Shown piece after piece: positions 1 through 12,644 of a stretch of DNA of 64,000 bases (positions within the stretch are counted from its first letter, which is position 1; every line of letters starts with the position of its first letter). Where the stretch lies: NCBI GenBank assembly GCA_964016885.1, contig OZ024743.1:262508001-262572000 (forward strand), read 5' to 3'. The translations under genes and the position numbers were made by a program. Source of the DNA: Eledone cirrhosa. Taxonomy: Eukaryota. Under the pieces are notes generated by a model, which was not told where the DNA came from, did not search any database, and saw only the letters and a list, made by a program, of their open reading frames with translations.

Positions 1-2795
1 CGGAAAAATAAAAAATAAATCTAAATATAACTTTGATCTTAAATCCAGGAAAATCCACCTTTCAACAAACTATTAGCTGAATTTAAAAATGAAATAATCT
101 CCATAATACAGAATATTAAATTTAAAAGGAATACTCCAAAGGCCTCAAAAGCAAAATAGACAACCTGAAAAAAACCAAGAAAATCCTTGTAAAATCCGAC
201 AAAACTAACAATTTATACGGAATAGAAAAGGATGATTGTAATAATTTAATATTGAACTTAAGAAGAATTATAAAAAAACCTCTAATGAAGATCTATTAAC
301 CCTAAATAAAGAAGCTTCGTAAATTAGGTATTCAAAATAAGACTGAACCTTTCATACCAAGGAAACCGAAGATAAATATGAAGGACCACAAAAGAAATTT
401 CGAAGCGGAACTACCAGCCAGACTTATTGCACCATCTAAATCTGATTTAGGTATAATTAGTAAACATATACTAGATAGAATCATACCAGTACTTAAGCAT
501 AAATCACACCTTAAACTCTGGAACGGTACAAATGAAGTAATAGATTGGTTCGCAGACATTAAATTAAAACATAGGAAAAAATTTATACAAATGGATATTG
601 CTAATTACTACTCCTCAATTACCCCTAACTTACTTAATAAGGCACTCAATTACGCTTCAAAATATACTGACTTATCTAGTGATGAAATAAATATTATTTT
701 AACCGCACGTAAAACCCTGATTGAATTTAATAACCATCTCTGGACTAGGACTGATAGACAGAACAATTTTGATATCACAATGGGATCATTTGACTCAGCG
801 CAAGTAACAGACCTCGTTGGAATATTTATTCTTAACGTACTACATAGAAAAATGCCAAAGATGGCCGGAGGTTTATATCTCGACACTATGTTACTTATAG
901 TTGATAACCATAGCAATAGCGAAATTAGTAGAAAAAAAAATTATCATAGAATTTTTCAATAATTATAATCTTAATAATAAAACTGTTAACTTCTTAGATG
1001 TCACTTTAAACCTTAGCCCAGGACTGTATCACCCTTTCCATAAGATTAATGAAAACCTAAACTTTGTAAGCGTCCATTCTAACTATCCTAGAAATGTCAA
1101 AAATGCTATTGTCAATAGTGTCCAGCAACGAATTTCACGCATTTCAGCCAATAAAAATATTTTTGATAATAGGGCAGATTACAATGATGCTTTACATAGA
1201 GCTGGTTACACGAATAAAATTAAATACTTAGATAACAATAACATGCAAAATCATCCTAAAATTTACTATAATAATAATAAGCAATTTAACATAAATAGTA
1301 AATCAAACAAAAGAACTAGAACTAGAAATATTATTTGGTACTCTCCCCCAATCTCATTAGGAGTTAAAACACCTGTAGCAAACCTATTTTCAAAGCATTA
1401 GATAAGCGTTTTCCTAAATCCCATAGATACCACTCTATTTTTAACAGGCATACTATAAAACTATCTTACTCTACTACAGACACGGGCGCCCGGGTAGGGA
1501 CCCATCGAAAAAGGTCTGTCCCAGATGCGTGTGCGACGAGGAAACCGTTGCACACGCATTGGTACACTGCTCGGGCATTGCCGATCTGTGGGGCTATGTC
1601 GAACAACTGCTGTCAAGGGTGGGACCGATCCGGTTGACCACCGAGTCTATTGTAACGATCAAGCCGCCTCCCCTCTTCAAAAACGAAGGAGAGGGGGTGT
1701 TTCTGTGCGTAATAGCCATGGCGAAAGAGGTTGTATGGTGGACGCGTCTGAAAGGACTGAGGTTAGACACCTTTCTCTCTGGCCAACAACTGGTCCGTTT
1801 CTTCCGATATCATTTCGGAAGAAGGATCAGGATGGAGAGAGAGGTGCTGCACCCCAGCCGTTTCTATGAAAGATGGGTGAAAGTGGCGAGAATGGCCCGT
1901 GTGAATGGGCCTTCACTCTACATCAGACTATAGGTGAGGAAGATGAAAGACCAAGGGAGCACCCCTTCTCTGTGCTCCTGAGGAGAAGGGTTGCACACTT
2001 TTTTCGGGGGTGTGTGCGACCCCCCAAGGCGCCTCCTCTCTATTGAGAACTTTGTTATAAATTTTATTTTTTGTTATATTTTATTTTATTTTTATATATT
2101 GTTATTGCCTCCTCCTTATTGAGGACGCCTTGTTTTGTAAACTCCCCCCATTGTACTTGTCCCACTTTTGATGCCCTGGTGGCAAATAAAAGAAACATAG
2201 CTTACTCTACTACTATGAACATAGCACAAAATATTAATAGAATTAATAATAGAAACTTAAATTTAAACCCAACCCAACTAAACCAAAATAATAATAATAA
2301 TATTACTAATAACAGTATTAATACTAATAATAATCGTACCGTTCCTATAGTCAACAATTCCAGAAAATGTAACTGTAGAAACGAATTAAATTGACCTTTA
2401 CAGAATAATTGTCTAGATAAAAACTTAGTATACAAATGCACAGTAAAAACTAGAGATAAATTATATAACTATATAGGAGCCACTTCTATAAAATTTAAGG
2501 AACGCTGATATAATCACAAACATACATTTAATAGATCAGACAAAAAATTTTCAACATCACTTTCACATCTAATTTGGTACTTAAAAGACAATAATATTGA
2601 CAATTCAATCTCTTGGGGAACGATTTCGAAAGCGCCCGCATACCGAAATATGGCTCTCTCAAGAATTTGTCAATTTGTATTGAAGAAGTATTCCACATAA
2701 TTACCAATCAAAACGCTATTAACAAAAAGAAAAAATTATTTAACTCTTGTAAACATCGTCAATCTCAGACTTTTGGAAGTATCTATAATCTATAG
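1..2795 (+). mobile_element. Decayed Penelope-like retroelement (RT + C-terminal GIY-YIG endonuclease), Naiad/Neptune-like; 5' part lies outside the window; interrupted at 1478-2200
   Basis: ORFs 378-962 and 901-1401 give PLE RT motifs: RLIAPSKS, IQMDIANYYSSI, FDITMGSFDSAQVTDLVG, GLYLDT (decayed YRDD), VNFLDVTL, VHSNYP, RNIIWYSPP. The frame FNRHTIKLSYSTT continues across the insertion, then CNCRNELN*PLQNNCL, LVYKCTVK..YNYIGAT (GIY-YIG), HKHTFN, TSLSHLIWYLK, NSCKH. Several stops and frameshifts. Confidence 0.92.
1478..2200 (+). mobile_element. 5'-truncated L1/Tx1-clade non-LTR retrotransposon (C-terminal zinc-finger region + 3'UTR)
   Basis: CPRCVCDEETVAHALVHC (CCHC-type) in the frame of ORF 1529-1933. 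3'UTR ends GGCAAATAAAAGAAAC. Exact 13-bp direct repeat CTTACTCTACTAC at 1465-1477 and 2201-2213. GC-rich relative to the host PLE. Confidence 0.88.
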
Positions 2796-3665
2796 AAAAT
2801 ATTATTTATAGCCTCTATATCTCACCTGTTTACATTTTGTTTTCGCCGTGCTTTGTAGATGTTTTTGTGATGTTTTTAAATAATATTTTTTAATGTATTT
2901 TTTTTTGTGATGGTTTTATTGATGTTTTCGAATATACTTTTGATGTCTGTAGAAATTCTTCCTAATAGACTCTATAGGCATTGTAAATTTTTACATATAA
3001 ATAGTTAATACCACTAACCTCTGCATAGATATAAGGAATGCTATCAAAATACATATATAAATTTTTATCTTAGAAAATATGTAATATATCTACTATATAA
3101 ATTGGAAGTGGTCGGATGTTGTATATTTAAGTAAGTAGGTGTAGTCGGATAAACGTCGAAACGGCTTGGTGGAATTTACACAGTTATGCAGAATGACCCG
3201 GGGAGGCGTTGGGTCGACTTTCAAGCTACAAGCTTCCATGGTTACGGAGAAAATCGATGAAACAGGAATTTTCCATTCAAATTGAACTGAGAGTAATCTG
3301 TGAACGCAGAAGTAAATATTTTGAGAAACGTTGTAAGCAAAGGAAAACAGGAAGACAATATTTTAGTTCGTGAAGACGTTCCCTGGCAATGAACGAAAAA
3401 AAGCGAGAATAATACGTCGTTATGTAGAGCGAGAAGAACAATTTCATGCAAAGACAAGACCAAGTTTATGGTGTAAATGGAGTCGTTAGACTAATATTCT
3501 ATTTAAAATAACAGAATGATTTCCAGCCCCGGAGTTTAAGAATGATGTAAATAAAATTGAAAACGAAAATGACAGAAGTTATTAAAATAGCAAAAGTAAA
3601 TAGTGAAGATTTAGGCCAGTACATACGTATGCCCGGCAGACATACACATACATACGCACACACAA

Positions 3666-3734
<69 letters not shown>

Positions 3735-4167
3735 TAAACCTTATGCATTTCTGCAGTATTTTCACCAAACTTAAGACATTGGTTACTTATGTACTCCGGA
3801 TGGTCATGGACACTTTCATTTTTCCAGATATTGATTATAGGGCCTCCCGGCAGATAACCCCCTTTAACCACTTCCTTGGATTCGACTGAAGCACTGCAGT
3901 GCAATGCAACAAAACGTCATAACTTCTGGAGTTCGCAACAGATTTTCATAAAACTTGACACATGGGCTACGTTTGTCCTACAGATGAATGTGAACTCTCA
4001 GAATTGGCACATATTGAGTAGGGGACCCCTGGGAGCAGGAACCCCCTTTTGGAAAAAGCCGATGATTTTCTAAAAGTATAGTTTTCGAAGCAGCATTGAA
4101 GTATTGACATAAATGGTATACACAACTGCTATTTAATAACCGAGCAACACCGGGTACCTCTGCTTGT
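3735..4167 (+). mobile_element. Probable non-autonomous Helitron-like element (3' end)
   Basis: Ends CCGAGCAACACCGGG-TACCTCTG-CTTG/T, a subterminal hairpin plus a CTAG-like end. The same terminus occurs at 13134-13160. The 5' boundary is uncertain. Confidence 0.5.
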
Positions 4168-4655
4168 GATACTATAAAATCATATATAAATTTTTCCATA
4201 TATCATAATTTGAATTTTTTAAAGTAAATTCTAGAACGGTAAATATATCTTAACTACTTTAAATAAGAAATTTTAGAATTATCTTTTTCTTTGAAATATA
4301 ACATTTTTTAAAGTAACAGCTAAACTTTACATAAATATGAAAATTTATTATATTTCGTAAATGTATTCCTATCTTGATGCAACTATTGAATCTACAAAAT
4401 AATCTTCTATAATAAAATAAAACTACTTCCTGTTTTATTAAAACATATATTAAATGTAAACAAAAATTCATTGTAACTATTCACATACAAGAAATATTAA
4501 AATTATCTATCTATTAATAAAAAGAACATATATACTCACCAAAATTATTTATATATAAATAACCTATCGTAATATAATAAAATAAAACATCTCTAATCTA
4601 ATTGAAATATATATAATAAAATAAATATGGTTTTATAAAGATAGTTTCCATTTAT

Positions 4656-4733
<78 letters not shown>

Positions 4734-4923
4734 ACAGGGAGAAAGAGACGATTATTAGGAAGAAAAATATTTTTTTTCCCTTTTTTGTTTCTCTCTTTCT
4801 TTTTTCTGGGTTAGAAAATGATTAAAACGAAATGTTTTACTTTGTGTGAAGTGTTAAGGTATTAGTTGGTTTATTTATTATTTAACAATGGCATTTATTT
4901 ATCTATTCATATATTTAATAATT

Positions 4924-4968
4924 GTCTATTACCGGTTTCAGCATTTTTATGCGTTATCAAATGATAGT
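4924..4968 (-). ncRNA. Minimal type I hammerhead-ribozyme-like motif (U3-A8 core variant) in a PLE tail
   Basis: Minus strand reads TCAT-TTGATAA-c-GCAT(aaaa)ATGC-t-GAAA-C(cg)GT-A-ATAGA, with a palindromic ACCGGT stem III. It lies about 450 nt downstream of a same-strand PLE endonuclease remnant. Stem I is weak. Confidence 0.55.
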
Positions 4969-5394
4969 GAAATGTATTAGTGTGGTATCACACTTGTTAA
5001 AGAGAAGGTGCAGAAAGAATAATGTTATTTACAAACAAGGTTTGTGAAGTGAAAAGAAAAAAGAAAAAAAGAAAAAAAACGGGCATAATGTAGAGCATAA
5101 AAAGTCAATGTGGAAGAAAAATAATGTTATTTACAGGCATAGTTCTTGAAGTTAAGCAGATCATAATGTGTTAATATAGCCAGAGTGATTAGTTGATCCA
5201 TGATTCCATGATGGAGGCAAATGGTGGCCTGAGGTTTGATATGATTTCCCTTTTTAGAGTGTTAATATGCAGGGGGAAGCAATTCTTGCTGGATGATATT
5301 TAATTATTTAAGAAAAAGGGTTAGGTAGGGTGTGAGGGAGGTAATTCTTGTAAATGTTTGATTGTTTGTTGCCGTTTTAGATTGGTCAGATTTT

Positions 5395-5610
5395 TAGAGC
5401 ATTAAGTAGAGGTTGGAATTTGTTAATGAAATATGTTTCTTTATTGGTACGTTGAATGAAAGTAGCGTTGTCTATGAATTTGTAAATGGAGAAAATTTAA
5501 AAGTTTGGATGTTGGTTGTGAGCACAATTGGTGATATGTTCACTAAATGCAATCTTTCTGTATTCCTGTATTTTAATTTGTGATTTATGGACGGTCATAC
5601 GTTGACGGAC
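5395..5610 (-). mobile_element. 3' fragment of a second Penelope-like element (C-terminal half of GIY-YIG endonuclease); tail extends to about 4750
   Basis: Minus-strand translation: VRQRMTVHKSQIKIQEYRKIAFSEHITNCAHNQHPNF*IFSIYKF...RTNKETYFINKFQPLLN. This is the typical R..H...H..C...E..FI......LN pattern of PLE endonucleases. Confidence 0.8.
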
Positions 5611-6531
5611 ACTGCCCACAACAGGACAACCCATCTAACCCATGCTAGCATAGAAGAACGGACGTAAAACAGTGATGATGATATACACAGACACACATGT
5701 ATATTGTTGTGTTTACCAATTAAACACACACGAACCAGTTGAGTTTCATTTCAGTTTTATTATTAATCAAGTAATTATTATTAATCAAGTAATTATTATT
5801 AATCAAGTAATTAATCCATCAATCCTCATCATCATCATCATGGATTAATGTCTATCTTCCACGCTAGCATAGATTATATGGGTTTGTCCCATTTAGAGGC
5901 AAGTTGGGTGGGGTGACCGTGTCTCGCTCATATAGGAGAGTTTCTGGCTGGTTTTCTATGGCTGGATGCCGTTCCTAATGCCAACCACATTGACAGTGTG
6001 TGCTGGGTGCTTTTTTCCATGTCTCTTACACCTCCACTTTACAGTTAGTTAAACAATTAATTAATTAATTGTCAAAGTTTTTTCATAACTTGTAACCTTA
6101 TTGATGATTCAGCCCTCAGTCTCTCCACTTCTTCCACACTTTATCTTTACTCCACCATTTTTGTGTCACCGTTGAGAAGGCTTCTTTTTTGTTTAGGCAC
6201 AAAGAGCCTCTTAGATTTTACCAAATGATGGAAATAAAGAACTAATGTTTTTGTCTATTAAAAGGGACAATTTCATCTCTAGCAGAACATACATGCTTAT
6301 TGTTGTTGTTTAGCCCCAAGTATTTAGTTAATGCATTTAATGTATGATATACCAGCACTAGTCAGCTAGGACAGGTATTTTTCATTGTTACTACCGCCAT
6401 AGGTTGGCTAATTCTGTAAATTATAGATAAATATAAACTGAGAATTTCATCTGTCAGTTTCATTGAATAGATTATAGCATGTCCATACCAATGCAGTCAC
6501 TCTCTTGCTCATCACTTTAGATACCTCTTAA

Positions 6532-6751
6532 CCCTTTAGCATTTACGTTATCCTATATTTACTATTGTATTTTCATGATAAAGTCTTTACCTAGCATAAT
6601 ACTCCACATAATATTGAACCTATGAGATTTTGATATTATTTATTTTGAGAACAATACCTTAACATTAGTATGAGTGGCCAGTTACAGCCGGTTTGAACAG
6701 AAAGAGGTGAGAGAATTCTGGTTGGTTACGGGTGGTTTAAATGCTAAAGGG
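6532..6751. mobile_element. piggyBac-type MITE
   Basis: TIRs CCCTTTAGCATTTA / TAAATGCTAAAGGG, flanked by TTAA at 6528-6531 and 6752-6755. Related copies at 34583-34826 and (partial, inverted) about 47670-47824. Confidence 0.85.
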
Positions 6752-6854
6752 TTAAACCCAGTTTCTCTCTCAATCCATCCAAACTCTGCATTTCTCTCAC
6801 ATTTACATTGCACATCCAACAAAGCCTGGTTGCTTCATTTCTCTCTAGCCTATG

Positions 6855-6911
6855 CACACATACACGCACACACACGCACACACACGCACACATACACGCA
6901 CACACGCGCAC

Positions 6912-6967
<56 letters not shown>

Positions 6968-7006
6968 GCACACACACACACACACATACACACACACACA
7001 CACACG

Positions 7007-7041
<35 letters not shown>
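6855..7041. repeat. (CA)n/(CACG)n microsatellite, one of dozens (e.g. 3640-3730, 4660-4729, 21280-21344, 51500-51567, 63860-63925)
   Basis: Read directly from the sequence. Confidence 0.98.
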
Positions 7042-7043
<2 letters not shown>

Positions 7044-7699
7044 CTTCTTCTTCACTCACTTATTCCTACTGTCTTCTTGTCAAATTAATGTACAAGTGGC
7101 TGAACATTCCACAGGGATGTGCACCCTTAACATAGTTCTCAAACATGACACTGTGTGACAAGGATACATTTTTGAATTACAAGTACAACTTAATCTTGCC
7201 AGCTGAGCAGACTTGAACTCATGACTGTATGATCACAAGATGAACACATTAACCACTAAGCCACATGTCTTCACATCAAGAAGAAAGTAAATCCCAAATC
7301 TAATGGTAATCGCTTTAAGAGAAAGTTGACAGGCTGAATGAAATTAGTTAGTTGCACAGTTTTTCAAGCTGGTTGGAATCAGATAGCAGTCTAGATTAGT
7401 GATGTCTGAAATAAGAGTGTAAGGTGGTGATAAGAATATCATAAATTTAAGAGATGTGAAGAGAGGGAAATTTGAGCTCCCTGGAAACGTCTTTGAAATA
7501 CTTGACTTGTTAAAATTATCAATATATAAATGACTAAATAAACAGTTAGGTGGCTATGTAGTTAAAATACTAGCTCAATGGTTACTGAGATCAAATCTCA
7601 GCTAGTTGATGTTGTTTAGCCCCAGGTTAACCCTGAATGAGAAGACATGATAAAATGTGTTCCAGTTATACCTATCACAACTGTTTTTTTTAAATTTAA

Positions 7700-9210
7700 T
7701 TCTATGCTTTGTGGCATAGTTACGGCCCTTTACGTTCCGAGTTCAAATCCTGCAGAGGTTAGCTTTGCCTTTCATCCTTACAGGGTCGATAAAGTACCAG
7801 TAATACACTGGGGTCGATTTAATTGACTTCCTCCCCACCTTCAAATTGCTGGCCTTGTGCCTAAAAGTAGAAACAATTATTTAATTCATAAGGGAAGGGC
7901 AGTGCCCTTGACCCTTTCTAAGGCCTAGAAGACTGGAGGGAAAGATGGAGGAAGGTTACCTCTAACTGGAGATCTGACCCAAATGCTTGCAATAGAATGG
8001 ACCCCACTAAAGGTACCAAAGGGCTAGATGGTGGAGTTAAACCAAGCAACAGATTACATCTACCACTCAAGTAGGTCACAGCAGGATTTGAACTCAGAAC
8101 ATAAAGAACTGATACACATACCACAACCTGTCATTGCATGTATCTAAAACAATAATTAATCAACAACCTTCCCTTTTCAAGATATTAGTGCATCATTTGA
8201 AGGAGGTTTAGCTGCTATTATTAACAATATCCTTTTAAAAGGTTGGGAGATTGGCAGAACTGGTAGAGCATTGGACACCATGCTTTGTGGTAATGAGTTA
8301 TATCCCTTTACATTCTGATTTCAAATTTTGCAGAGGTTAGCTTTGATTTTCATCCTTACAATAAGGCACCAGTAATACACTGAGGTCAATTTAATCGACT
8401 TTCCCTTCCCTACAGATTGCTGGCCTTGTGCCAAAACTAGAAGCAATTACTAACAGTTCCTATCTGTTAGTGATATTATCTCTCTCTTTAACCTGTAATT
8501 CGTGGGGGTGCCATGGTGACATACAAAATTTCATGGGTAGTTTTTAAACCTGGCAGAGCCCAGCTTCTTTCCAGATCTGAACACAGCTGATTTCTTCCAG
8601 AGAAGGAGAGGGAATGATAGAGAGGAAATGAGAAAGATATAGAGGAAGAATTGACCCCAGTACAAGATTGGTACTTTTTTATTGACCTCCAAATGAAGAA
8701 AGGCAAAGTTAATCTAAGTGGGATTTGAAACCAGGAGTAAATAACATCACCACCACCACCACAGCAACAATAATAATGATTTCTGATTTAGGCACAAGGC
8801 CAACAATTTATGGGGAGAGGAAAGTTGATTAAATTGACCCCAATGCTAAACTGGTACTTAATTTTATCGACCCTGGAAGGACAAAATTCAAATTTGACTT
8901 TGGTGGGATTTGAATTCAGAACATAAGGAGGCAAATAAATGCCATGATGATGATGATGATGACGAGGATAATGATTTCTAATTTAAGCACAAGGCCAGCA
9001 ATTTTGGGGGAGGGGAAAATCGATTAAATCGACACCAGTACATTACTGGTGCTTTATTTTATCAAGGATGAAAGGATGAAAGGATGAAAATGTAAGGATG
9101 AAAGGTAAAGCTAACTTCGGCAAGATTTGAAGTCAGAACGCAAAGGGTCATAACTCTATGCCTCGAAGCATGTTGCCCAATGCTCTACTGATTCTGCCAA
9201 TCCACCACCC
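7700..9210. mobile_element. Cluster of older tRNA-derived Nin-domain SINE copies in both orientations
   Basis: Repeated B-box GAGTTCAAATCC and central CTTTGCCTTTCATCCTTAC..GGTCGATAAA..GTACCAGT, ending GGCCTTGTGCC..AAA.TAGAAAC, at about 7710-7880 (+), 8250-8450 (+), 8780-8930 (-) and 8975-9210 (-). Confidence 0.8.
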
Positions 9211-9714
9211 TTAATAATAACAGTAATAATAATAATAATGATTTCTTTAATAATAATAATCTGAAGTGTCATAAGCAGATGTTTGGAAGACATATCAGTG
9301 ATAATGTGAAACTGATAATATAGGAAGGTGAAGAGGGTGAGGGGATGGTTGTGGTGGTGATGTGTGCATATAACAATAATGTGTTATGTAGTGTAAGGGA
9401 GGAGAGGATATGTGGAAACTGGATGTTTCACAGGAGACTGAAAGGAAATACATTTTATATTAGGGCAAATGAGGGAGGGACCTGCCTTAAAACTTAGATG
9501 TTGGGTGAGGAGGGTAGCTTAGAAGAGAATTCCCTCCATCTCTAAGTTTATGTGCATGTATATATATAGTAATAATAATTGTGAAGACCAAAATCCAAAG
9601 AGGGCTCAATAAGGATTTTATATATATAATATATATATATATATATAAAACTCATAGAGCAAATATTTATTATTAGTACAGATTAAAGTTTAAGCTGCTT
9701 TCACCCTATTCTGA

Positions 9715-9773
<59 letters not shown>

Positions 9774-9884
9774 TAACGAAGGAAGTGTGGTAAGGAACCA
9801 GGTGGACCATAACACACCAGAGTACTCAATACTTTGGGTAGTAGAGTGGGTAATAGGAAATAGATATATATAGATATATATAAA

Positions 9885-10565
9885 GACCAGGTCTTTCTTG
9901 GTTTTCCTCTACTGTGGCTTCCTTCCACAGTCATTGTCCACACACATCACATGGCCATAGGCACACAGTTTTCTTTCCTGCACACCACCTCAGATTCCTC
10001 TTAAACACAGCTTCTCCCTCAACTCATTTAAGCTCTGTTTTTCTCTCCCACTAACATTGCACAATTAATGAAGCTTGGTTGCTTTATTTCTCTCCAGTCT
10101 ACTCATGACCTCTGCAGTCACAGTCCATGTTTCAATACCATGCAGCTTCCCACACAGGCGTTATACAGACGCCCTTTTGTACAGAGTGAGAAACCTTTTG
10201 TTGTCAGCAGTGGGTGTAGTTCTCTAAACTTCTTCCATCCAATCCTTATTCTAGCTATTATACTCTCGGTGCACCCTCCCCCACTGCTAATTAAATCACC
10301 TAGATAGCAAAAGCTATCAACCACATCTATGGATCCTTCCTGTGATTGGAAAAGGTTTATATCATTAGCACTTTTCCTCTTGATTACTCCTGTACATCTA
10401 CATGCAAATTCTCACTTCCTGTTAGTCTACTTTTTATCCCACTATATCTTTAGTGTACCCAAGATTTACATTGTGTACACTGTATGGAATTTATGTCTAC
10501 TCCTTTTCTATGTATTGAGCAAGACCACTTTTCTGAAGGAATCTGGATTTTATCTTCTTTCCTAT
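9885..10565 (-). mobile_element. Decayed RTE LINE fragment
   Basis: ORF 10118-10324 VDSFCYLGDLISSGGGCTESIIARIRIGWKKFREL and GKPRKTW match the RTE ORF at 18985-20319. Confidence 0.9.
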
Positions 10566-10775
10566 TCATATGTGTGTGTGTCATCATCATCATCACCCTT
10601 TTACGTCCATTCTTCCATGCTAGCTTGGGTTAGACGGTGATATATGTGTGTATATATATACACACACATACATAAATATAGGTGAATTCCTAAAGCGATT
10701 TGGGAGGTGACCACAACTCTTCATTCCAATAACTGAATGACTGAAACCTGTAAAAGACCCCCCTACACACACATA

Positions 10776-10970
10776 TACGGGTGGGTTGAAAAGTTCATAG
10801 GCTGACTATGAAGGAGTGATACTAGTGCTGTGAAATCTTGCATGAATTAATTTAAACTCTTCTTATTAATAACTACATTGTTTCTTTCTAGGGACTATGT
10901 TGAAAAATAAACCTCATTCGATCATTCCATGAGAGTATCTTGGTCAGCCTACAAACCTTTCAGCCTATGA
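10776..10970. mobile_element. Tc1/mariner-type MITE
   Basis: Starts TA-CGGGTGGGTTGAAAAGTTCATAGGCTGAC and has an inverted GTCAGCCTA near the other end. It is the same family as 49529-49745, in the opposite orientation. Confidence 0.75.
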
Positions 10971-11324
10971 ATCCCCCCCCCCCACACACACACAGACCTC
11001 CCACCTACACACACCGACCTACCAGCTTCACACACAGACCTCCCTCCTACATACACAGACCTCCCTCCTACATACACTGCTAGCAGGGAAAACATATTAC
11101 TATATTTCTTATGAAAACACTGTCTATGATTTTCAAATAATTTAAAAAGAACATTTTCAATGCTTTTATCACTATTGTCATTAACTACACTTGGTTCTAC
11201 AGATGGGAGAAATAGAACTCAATACATAAAGGAGAGTATATATTATGTTTTAATAGCTGAGAAAACTTCACATGTTACTCAAGAGCCTGCAGTAACTCAT
11301 ATGTATATATGTGCATATATATAT

Positions 11325-11865
11325 ATCATCATCATCATCATCATCACCGTTTTACGTCCGTTCTTCCACGCTAGCATGGGTTAGACGGGTTGTCCTGTTG
11401 TGGGCAGTGTCTGGTCGGCTGACCATGCCTTGCTCATACAGGAACTGATCTGGCTTGATTTCTACAGCTGGATGCCCTTCATATATATATATATATATAT
11501 ATATCATCATCATCGTTTTTACGTCTACTTTTCCATGCTTGCATGGGTTGGATGGGTCTTTCTCAGCACAGCATCTTTCCATTTGTCGCGTTCCGTTGTC
11601 ATCTCCTCTGTGATTTGAGGTCCATTTGAGGTGATTTGAGGTTAGTGATTTGAGGTCCATTCTCACAACCTCTGCCCAGGTCTGTCTTGATCTATCTCTA
11701 CTGAGGCTTCTTTCCACTGGGATTTCCTGGCATTTCTTCACCCACCGATCATTGTCCATTCACATCACATGTCCACACCAACACAGTCTTCTCTCCTGTA
11801 CACCACCTCAGATTCCCCTTAAACCCAGCTTTTCTCTCAGCTCGTCCAAGCTCTGCCTTTCTCTC
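11325..11865 (-). mobile_element. Two RTE 3'-end fragments with (GAT)n tails
   Basis: 11325-11478 is the reverse complement of the tail at 58590-58742. 11505-11865 encodes [16 protein letters not shown]...SRQTWAEVVRMDLK. Confidence 0.85.
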
Positions 11866-12499
11866 ATATATATATTTATATATATGTATGTATATATATA
11901 TGAGTATATTTATATATTCATATATGTATGTATATTTGTGTATATATTTATATATGTATGTATATATATGTGTGTGTGTGTATATATATATATATATGTA
12001 TGTAGTATGTATATCTATGTATATGTATATATATATAAACACACACAAATACATGTTTGTGTGTGCGCATATATGTATAATTTTATTATATGTGTATGTG
12101 TATAATATATCAGTAGAAAATACTTTACCCCTACAATCCACCCTATCCATAATACCTGATAAGAATCTTAAACAAATTTCCTGTTGAAAGATTTCAAAGA
12201 ATGGTATAAAAGCTTAGTTCTTGTGATAATTAAGCTATTTAAATAGGAGTTGAGGGAGATTTAACCCCGAGCTATCAACAAGTGTCACATATCATTTCAC
12301 TAAACAGCAGCTAAACCGGATACATTCAGTGTCACTGTTGTGGTCCTTGGTTAAACATATATTTATGTGGAAATATACATCACACTCACACACACACATT
12401 TTACACACACACATGCACACAGTATGTGCATTACATACACACACACCACACATACACACAGATGTTTTATACACATAGACATATTGTCATATATATATA

Positions 12500-12637
12500 T
12501 AGAACAGACATCAGATCATTGAAGCCCACGGTGGAGATGACGAAGGACCGTGACGAGTGGAGAGATGCTGTGCTGAATAAGACCCGTCCCACCCTTGCAA
12601 GCAGGGAAAAGCGGACGTAAAATGATGATGATGATGA
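12500..12637 (+). mobile_element. Short RTE 3' end
   Basis: Encodes TDIRSLKPTVEMTKDRDEWRDAVLNKTRPTLASREKRT*, followed by (GAT)n. Confidence 0.85.
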
Positions 12638-12644
12638 TATATAT

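Noticed and set aside
3018-3192. Hammerhead in the tail of the first PLE (GTCGAAACGG at about 3156; TCTGCATA/TATGCAGA pairing)
   Set aside because: No CUGANGA-like core in register and stem III is mismatched, so it is too decayed to call.
6674-7158. His-Thr and Cys-Val repeat ORFs (also 3499-3904, 11650-12187, 13044-13498, 35717-36027, 51366-51778)
   Set aside because: Artefacts of (CA)n/(TA)n microsatellites, which lack stop codons.
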